From: a virus
Lineage: Duplodnaviria; Heunggongvirae; Uroviricota; Caudoviricetes
Strand: one strand, 5' to 3'
DNA: 9,637 nt
Virus record (IMG/VR): IMGVR_UViG_2529293148_000011
Part shown: piece by piece, positions 1 through 4,597 of the stretch
Layout of the letters: each line of letters begins with the position of its first letter
How positions within the stretch are numbered: the stretch's first letter is position 1
Notes under the pieces: model-generated
What the model was told of the DNA's origin: nothing
What the model saw: only the letters and a program-made list of their open reading frames with translations
Database searches by the model: none
Made by a program: the position numbers and the translations under genes

Positions 1-54
1 CCGTCGCCAGTTGTCGTTGGTATTCTGCAACTGGCGCGTTCCGGAGTGATAGCC

Positions 55-324
55 ATGAGCGAACAGTACCTGATAACGCTCGACGAGTGGAAACCAAAAC
101 GGTTCAGTCTCCCAATAACAAACACTACCCTGGTGAAATACGGAAAACTAGGATACATCGTTCCAAGACCACAAAAAATTCGTGGGCGTTGGCTGATAGA
201 TCGCCGGGCAGTATTTGTTGGACCTGGTGAAACGGGAATTGCGCCGGAAATTCATACTGGCGATGATGATGCACTGAAGGAGATTTTAACTCATGTCACC
301 GAGGCCACGAAAAAACAGCACTGA
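55..324 (+). CDS. xis: Excisionase (Xis-like, lambda/e14 type)
   Basis: ATG at 55 preceded by GGAG at 43-46. N-terminus MSEQYLITLDEW resembles lambda Xis MYLTLQEW. Small basic protein directly upstream of int, overlapping it by 32 nt as in lambda. The frame is open back to the window edge, so a longer upstream start (track uses GTG at 46) cannot be excluded. Confidence 0.75.
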   Translation: MSEQYLITLDEWKPKRFSLPITNTTLVKYGKLGYIVPRPQKIRGRWLIDRRAVFVGPGETGIAPEIHTGDDDALKEILTHVTEATKKQH

Positions 325-1411
325 CGTAACCGGTCTTTACGAAAAGTTTGATCGCAGAACTGGCAGGGTTTACTACCAGTATAAAAACCCTGTGACTGGA
401 AAATTTCACGGTCTCGGAACAGACAAAGGCAAAGCAGAAAAAATCGCTTCCACAGCCAATCAGCGAATAGCTGCAGCAGAAGCTGAATATTTCATGCGCA
501 AAATTGATGAAAGTCCGTCAGCAACAAAACGTCGGGGCATCAGATTAAAGGCATGGGTTGATCGATATCTGAAAATACAGGACGCGCGACTGAAAAATGG
601 AGATATTGCAGCTACAACTCACAAAGAAAAAACTCGAATGGCTGCATACCTGGTTTCCCGTCTGGGAAACCACCCATTGAAAGAACTGGAAGTAAGAGAC
701 TTTGCATTAATACTGGATGAGTGGCTGGATAAAGACATGGTCAGCACAGCGAGAGTAAATCGTGGATTATGGGTTGATATTTATAAAGAAGCACAGCATG
801 CAGGGGAAGTTCCTCCTGGATGGAATCCTCCGGAGGCTACCCGTAAACCGATCCCTAAAGTAACCAGAGCCAGGCTCACCATGGAAGACTGGCAAAAAAT
901 TTACAATGCAACGCCTGAAAAACACTTTATCCGTAACGCAATGCTTCTTGCGATTGTTACTGGTCAGCGCCGTGATGACATTTGCCACATGCGTTTTTCA
1001 GATGTGTGGAACGAACACTTGCATATCACCCAGGGAAAAACCGGAATGCGTCTGGCGTTACCGCTTACACTACGCTGTGATGCCATTGGGATAACGTTAA
1101 AAGAAGTTATTGATGGGTGCCGAGACAGAATATTAAGTCCATATCTAATCCATAGTCGGCACCAGAAACAACCGAAGCCGATGAGTAAAGACAACCTGAG
1201 CGACTACTTTGCCAAAGCACGGGATCTGGCTGGGATAATTCCACCAGCAGGAAAAACTCCGCCAACATTTCATGAACAACGCTCTCTATCAGAACGGCTG
1301 TACCGTGCACAGGGTATCGATACAAAAACATTACTAGGGCATAAAGTCCAGGCAACCACCGATCGCTATAACGATACTCGAGGTCAGGAATGGGTTAAGT
1401 TGGTTATTTGA
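293..1411 (+). CDS. int: Tyrosine site-specific integrase, lambda Int family
   Basis: 372 aa. C-terminus HEQRSLSERLYRAQGIDTKTLLGHKVQATTDRYNDTRGQEWVKLVI parallels the lambda Int catalytic region (H-x-x-R, LLGH, Y) as recalled. AAGGAG lies upstream of the ATG at 293. Resembles e14 IntE from memory. Confidence 0.95.
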   Translation: MSPRPRKNSTDVTGLYEKFDRRTGRVYYQYKNPVTGKFHGLGTDKGKAEKIASTANQRIAAAEAEYFMRKIDESPSATKRRGIRLKAWVDRYLKIQDARLKNGDIAATTHKEKTRMAAYLVSRLGNHPLKELEVRDFALILDEWLDKDMVSTARVNRGLWVDIYKEAQHAGEVPPGWNPPEATRKPIPKVTRARLTMEDWQKIYNATPEKHFIRNAMLLAIVTGQRRDDICHMRFSDVWNEHLHITQGKTGMRLALPLTLRCDAIGITLKEVIDGCRDRILSPYLIHSRHQKQPKPMSKDNLSDYFAKARDLAGIIPPAGKTPPTFHEQRSLSERLYRAQGIDTKTLLGHKVQATTDRYNDTRGQEWVKLVI

Positions 1412-1474
1412 CAAACACCATATGGAATATCCGTCACCATCTCAGGAAAAAAGTGTTGTAAAATGCGTGGCCTA

Positions 1475-1510
1475 GTTTTGGGGAAACGTTTTGGAGAGAT
1501 TTTGGAGAAA
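1475..1510 (+). repeat. Three tandem direct repeats of GTTTTGGRGA (1475-1484, 1488-1497, 1500-1510); candidate integrase arm-type sites
   Basis: Read directly from the sequence, period 12-13 bp, non-coding, about 65 bp downstream of the int stop. Confidence 0.4.
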
Positions 1511-1629
1511 GGAAAAAATTGAATAAATTCAAAATCCTGAAAGTGTCCCGCCTTATGAATAAGAAGGTGAGCGAATTAGATGATTAATCCTTTATATTCA
1601 ATGCATTAAGTTTGTTTTTGAGTGGTTTT

Positions 1630-1647
1630 GCCGTTTAATGTAACGGC
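1630..1647. other. Inverted repeat GCCGTT-TAATGT-AACGGC; candidate att core
   Basis: Perfect 6-bp arms around a 6-bp AT-rich spacer, in an AT-rich region between the two clusters of GTTTTGGAGA motifs. The geometry resembles tyrosine-recombinase core sites. Confidence 0.3.
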
Positions 1648-1683
1648 GTTATAGATCCTATCAAAATCAATCAATTCCGTTCT

Positions 1684-1710
1684 GGTTTTGGAGAAAGATT
1701 TTTCGAGAGC
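1684..1710 (+). repeat. Fourth GTTTTGGAGAAAG motif copy plus a degenerate copy; candidate arm-type site on the other side of the core
   Basis: GGTTTTGGAGAAAG at 1684-1697 is identical to the third unit of the 1475-1510 cluster, in the same orientation. Confidence 0.35.
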
Positions 1711-1752
1711 TTCGGTCTTTAACTAAAACTGATTGCGTATAATCCCAATACC

Positions 1753-1782
1753 CCTCCCCGACTATCTGAATGGTCGGGGAGG
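1753..1782 (-). terminator. GC-rich hairpin (10-bp perfect stem CCTCCCCGAC/GTCGGGGAGG, 10-nt loop) downstream of the tfa remnant
   Basis: Lies 37 nt 3' of the tfa-remnant stop on the - strand. No clean U-tract follows, so it may be a decayed terminator or an RNA processing site. Confidence 0.35.
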
Positions 1783-1818
1783 CACTTCAAGCACAAAATA
1801 TCATCCCTGCGCCGTTGA

Positions 1819-2049
1819 TTACTCTGCAGGTGAAGTCGGCCACTCAATATCAGGTGCAGTTGATGTATCAACACGATTCAACAATACCCGATATTTATTC
1901 CATGCCTCCAGCAACGATCTTTCTTCCTCCTTTGCGATTTCCAGATCTACAGCATCCTGCAGTGGCGCAATATACTCACTGAATTCCTGGGTGTAGAACT
2001 GTGTGGTGACGGTCTTCCAGCCATTCGGCTCCTGCTGTATCGAAGCATA
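1819..2049 (-). pseudogene. tfa: Tail fibre assembly protein (lambda Tfa type), 3' fragment without a start
   Basis: The - strand translates as ...[53 protein letters not shown]-stop, matching the conserved lambda/e14 Tfa C-terminus. The frame is closed by TAG at 2050-2052 with no ATG or GTG, so only about 77 codons remain. Not in the ORF track because it has no start. Confidence 0.7.
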
Positions 2050-2141
2050 CTAGGCTATTTCAATATCGCTATGCTGCGGCAGCATTTAACCCCTTGTAAT
2101 TCATCGCCATAATTGATTTAATTCACAAACAAAACTATAAC

Positions 2142-2810
2142 ATGGTGAAATTAATGAAAAAAAACACAGATGATGGGGCTAAAATTTACACACCACTTAC
2201 CCTAAAGCTTTATGACTGGTGGGTTTTGGGAGTATCAAATCGGCTTGCATGGGGATGTCCTACAAAGGAATACCTTCTTCCACACTTTCTGGAACATTTA
2301 GGTAACAACCATCTGGATATTGGTGTTGGAACTGGGTTTTACCTTACTCACGTACCTGAGAGTAGTCTGATATCTTTAATGGATTTGAACGAAGCTAGCC
2401 TGAACGCGGCATCTACAAGGGCTGGGGAATCAAAAATTAAACATAAAATTAGCCATGATGTTTTTGAACCTTATCCCGCGGCGTTACATGGTCAATTTGA
2501 TTCCATTTCCATGTTTTACCTTCTTCACTGCCTGCCTGGAAATATATCTACAAAAAGCTGTGTAATACGCAATGCGGCGCAGGCCTTAACTGACGATGGA
2601 ACTCTATACGGAGCCACAATTCTTGGCGATGGAGTTGTGCACAATAGCTTCGGTCAAAAACTGATGCGCATTTACAATCAGAAAGGCATCTTTTCAAACA
2701 CAAAAGATTCCGAAGAAGGCTTAACGCATATACTCTCAGAGCATTTCGAGAATGTTAAAACCAAGGTTCAAGGTACTGTAGTAATGTTTTCCGCTTCAGG
2801 GAAAAAATAG
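2142..2810 (+). CDS. Class I SAM-dependent methyltransferase (small-molecule type), likely cargo/moron gene
   Basis: Motif I LDIGVGTG and a post-II-like FDSISMFYLLHCLP. No DPPY/NPPY or PCQ DNA-methyltransferase motifs. The ATG at 2154 has a better SD (GGTGA at 2144-2148) than the ATG at 2142. May correspond to e14 YmfD, but that is an unverified recollection. Confidence 0.8.
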   Translation: MVKLMKKNTDDGAKIYTPLTLKLYDWWVLGVSNRLAWGCPTKEYLLPHFLEHLGNNHLDIGVGTGFYLTHVPESSLISLMDLNEASLNAASTRAGESKIKHKISHDVFEPYPAALHGQFDSISMFYLLHCLPGNISTKSCVIRNAAQALTDDGTLYGATILGDGVVHNSFGQKLMRIYNQKGIFSNTKDSEEGLTHILSEHFENVKTKVQGTVVMFSASGKK

Positions 2811-2817
2811 CATCCAA

Positions 2818-2850
2818 CCGCAGCACGTTCTTGCTTAAGACGTGCTGCGG
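2818..2850 (-). terminator. Hairpin (10-bp stem CCGCAGCACG/CGTGCTGCGG, 13-nt loop) between the convergent methyltransferase gene and the pin/tfa remnant
   Basis: Lies 15 nt 3' of the - strand remnant stop. On the - strand a T-run follows after 10 nt (TTGGATGCTATTTTTT). Confidence 0.4.
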
Positions 2851-2864
2851 CATAATCCCAATGA

Positions 2865-3191
2865 TTACTCCATGACAGGGTTCGTAGGCCACTCAATATC
2901 AGGTGCAGTTGATGTATCAACACGATTCAGCAACACCCGATACTTTTTCCAGGCTTCCACCACCAGCACGACAAGATGCCGCATACAGTGACCCAGTCAG
3001 TCCAGTTTCCAGACAACCAGTGCGTCACCTTTTTGAAGGCGCTTTAAAGCACGTTTTAATCCAGGTCGGCCTGTCCTTGTTCCGCTTTATTTATCTTCAA
3101 ATATTTGTTCACATCCTGCACAAACAAGAGCGTTTCGTTGCAGGTCTGTATTCTGGTCATTTGTTGATACCCTTACATAACCAATCAGCAC
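2865..3191 (-). pseudogene. pin: Serine DNA invertase (Pin/Gin/Hin/Cin family) N-terminal remnant fused to a tfa 3' end; two in-frame stops
   Basis: From GTG at 3191..3189 (SD GGGAGA upstream) the - strand reads VLIGYVRVSTNDQNTDLQRNALVCAGCEQIFEDK[84 protein letters not shown]. The first ~77 codons match the invertase N-terminus including the catalytic-serine region. Stops are TAA at 3089..3087 and TGA at 2999..2997. The last ~31 codons are a Tfa C-terminus. Confidence 0.75.
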
Positions 3192-3245
3192 ACTGAATCT
3201 CCCGTCCAAAAGCGCAAATCATGCCATGCAGGCCGGATACGGCCA

Positions 3246-3271
3246 TTATCTAAAACCTCGGTTTACAGGAA
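3246..3271. other. Din-family invertase crossover site (gix/pix/hix-like): TTATCTAAAACC TC GGTTTACAGGAA
   Basis: Two 12-bp half-sites, TTATCnAAAACC and GGTTTACAGGAA (reverse complement TTCCTGTAAACC), around a 2-bp core; this fits gix as recalled. It sits 55 bp upstream of the pin start and abuts the orphan fibre segment. Confidence 0.6.
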
Positions 3272-3649
3272 ACGGTAAATCAGGCTTCTGGCGCATTACA
3301 GAAAAACCAGAACGGTGCAGATATTCCGGTAAAAGATACCTTCACCAAAAATATTGGTGCCTGCCGCGCATATAGAGCATGGCTGAATATTGGTGGCGAT
3401 AGTCAGATCTGGACAACCGCGCAATTTATTTCGTGGCTGGAGAGTCAGGGGGCATTTAACCATCCTTACTGGATGTGCAAAGGCTCATGGGCTTATGCAA
3501 ATAATAAGGTTATTACAGATACAGGTTGCGGAAATATTTGTCTTGCAGGTGCTGTGGTGGAAGTTATTGGCACTCGCGGCGCAATGACCATACGCGTTAC
3601 TACTCCGAGTACGTCCTGCGGCGTCTGTCGCCCATTTTTCCGAAAATAA
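3254..3649 (+). pseudogene. Orphan variable C-terminal segment of a tail fibre protein (Sv-type, Mu/P1/e14-like), no start codon
   Basis: A 132-codon open frame starts inside the crossover site: NLGLQETVNQASGALQKNQNGADIPVKDTFTKNIGACRAYRAWLNIGGDSQIWTTAQFISWLESQGAFNHPYWMCKGSWAYANNKVITDTGCGNICLAGAVVEVIGTRGAMTIRVTTPSTSCGV... This Gly/Trp/Cys-rich sequence is characteristic of invertible-segment fibre tips as recalled. A TAA at 3251-3253 inside the site closes the frame upstream. Confidence 0.5.
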
Positions 3650-3788
3650 ATGCTCCGACAATACGTGCCACATAACCTGCACCGTAGGTTCCCATTGCCA
3701 GAATTAACGCCATTGCCGTTGATGATTCAGGAAAAAATATTTCATGAAACACTAACGCTGCGCCGAGCGAATATAACTGGAAACCCAT
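3600..3788 (-). pseudogene. N-terminal fragment (TM1-TM2) of an MFS metabolite:H+ symporter-type transporter
   Basis: 62-aa ORF MGFQLYSLGAALVFHEIFFPESSTAMALILAMGTYGAGYVARIVGAFIFGKMGDRRRR... resembles the N-terminus of ShiA/ProP-type MFS proteins (ALVFNREFFP...FGHFGDRLGRKR in ShiA as recalled). An in-frame TGA lies immediately upstream of the Met, and the ORF ends inside the fibre-tip segment, so only about 60 codons of a roughly 430-codon gene remain. Confidence 0.45.
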
Positions 3789-4008
3789 GATTCATAGATA
3801 TTTTTTACCATCCTGTGGATTTCTGGGCGTTTTCTAAGTTTTTTTAAGATGGTTGTATTTTTTCTAAAAACTCCTGAACTCGATTTTGCTGTTTGTCTGA
3901 GGCCTTTTTATGTCCCATATATGCCCCAAGGTGCCCCATGTAAATCCAATTCAACTCAAAGCGTCCATGTTCAATATTTTTACAAGGGGCTGGCATATCA
4001 ATGTTTTT

Positions 4009-4584
4009 TTATTGCGTAACGTCAAACGCTCGGATTGAGCGTAAATCATCAAGATTATTCAGTTCTTCCTTCATCTCCCGCTGACGCTGATAAATCTCGT
4101 TATTGCGATCGACCTGTGCCTGCGCCATTGCTGTCGCCAGTTCTTCCAGTTCCGGCATTGACAGTTTCACCTGTTGATTATCGGCATCACCCCATGCAAG
4201 GGCGGTTAGTGCCGTATCAGATTTCGCCGCCATTACTACCGGATAAAGACGGGCCATTGAGTCGGGGCCAGCGTTCCAGGTGCGACCGTTCCATTCAAAG
4301 GTGAACGGCAGTGCTTCCTGTTCTGTGCGCCATGCCTCGATTTCCTGCTTTTTGGCATCCTTCGCCGCGGCGATAAGTTCCGGCGTGACAGTGAAAGGGG
4401 CGATTTCGCCCCATTTGCCGTTCTGCAACTCTTCCCAGATGCGCTGGCCTGTCGGTGCGGTATCATCCTGCATGGCGGTATACGGGACGAATTCCGTTTC
4501 ACCTTCAAATAACACCTCGCAGTCAACCGCACCATTTTCAAGATAATGGGCGTTTCTGATGCCCTTTACCGCTCTGATTTTCAT
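4009..4584 (-). CDS. tfa: Tail fibre assembly protein / chaperone
   Basis: 191-aa ORF starting 13 nt after the stf stop, with SD GGGGAA. Size and position immediately 3' of the side tail fibre gene match Tfa-type chaperones. The C-terminus lacks the [16 protein letters not shown] motif, so it is a different Tfa subfamily from the two remnants. Confidence 0.7.
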   Translation of the reverse strand: MKIRAVKGIRNAHYLENGAVDCEVLFEGETEFVPYTAMQDDTAPTGQRIWEELQNGKWGEIAPFTVTPELIAAAKDAKKQEIEAWRTEQEALPFTFEWNGRTWNAGPDSMARLYPVVMAAKSDTALTALAWGDADNQQVKLSMPELEELATAMAQAQVDRNNEIYQRQREMKEELNNLDDLRSIRAFDVTQ

Positions 4585-4597
4585 GTTTTATTCCCCG

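Noticed and set aside
767-1355. ORFs 767..988 (-), 906..1094 (+), 964..1194 (-) and 1107..1355 (-) inside int
   Set aside because: They lie entirely within the well-supported integrase frame, on the antisense strand or out of frame, with no SD or recognisable motifs.
1422-1587. Tiny ORFs (10-19 codons) in the att-like region, one of which reads through the GTTTTGGAGA repeats
   Set aside because: They are too short, have no SD, and the repeats are better explained as protein-binding DNA sites.
1733-1996. Plus-strand ORFs 1733..1996 and 1770..1982
   Set aside because: They are antisense to the tfa 3' remnant, whose - strand translation carries the conserved Tfa C-terminus. The first also runs through the 1753-1782 hairpin.
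2142-2810. Methyltransferase as an orphan DNA methyltransferase or restriction-modification component
   Set aside because: It has no DPPY/NPPY or PCQ/ENV motifs and no adjacent nuclease or specificity gene. The motifs fit small-molecule class I methyltransferases.
2071-2852. Palindromes ATGCTGCGGCAGCAT (2071-2085) and the 2818-2850 hairpin share TGCTGCGGCA and flank the methyltransferase; considered as terminal inverted repeats of a small cassette
   Set aside because: A 10-bp match is expected by chance many times in 9.6 kb, and the two elements are not inverted copies of each other beyond that. The tfa direct repeats are the better-supported bracketing feature.
2903-3196. Plus-strand ORF 2903..3196 (97 aa)
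   Set aside because: It is antisense to the invertase remnant. The - strand gives a clear YVRVSTNDQNTDLQRNALVCAGCEQIFEDK invertase N-terminus.
3390-3682. ORFs 3390..3587 (+) and 3485..3682 (-)
   Set aside because: They overlap the 132-codon fibre-tip frame in other frames or antisense, and a long stop-free frame with tail-fibre-like composition is the better explanation of this DNA.
4035-4546. ORFs 4035..4304 (+), 4236..4541 (-) and 4280..4546 (+) inside tfa
   Set aside because: Shadow ORFs within the 191-aa tfa frame, which has the SD and operon position.
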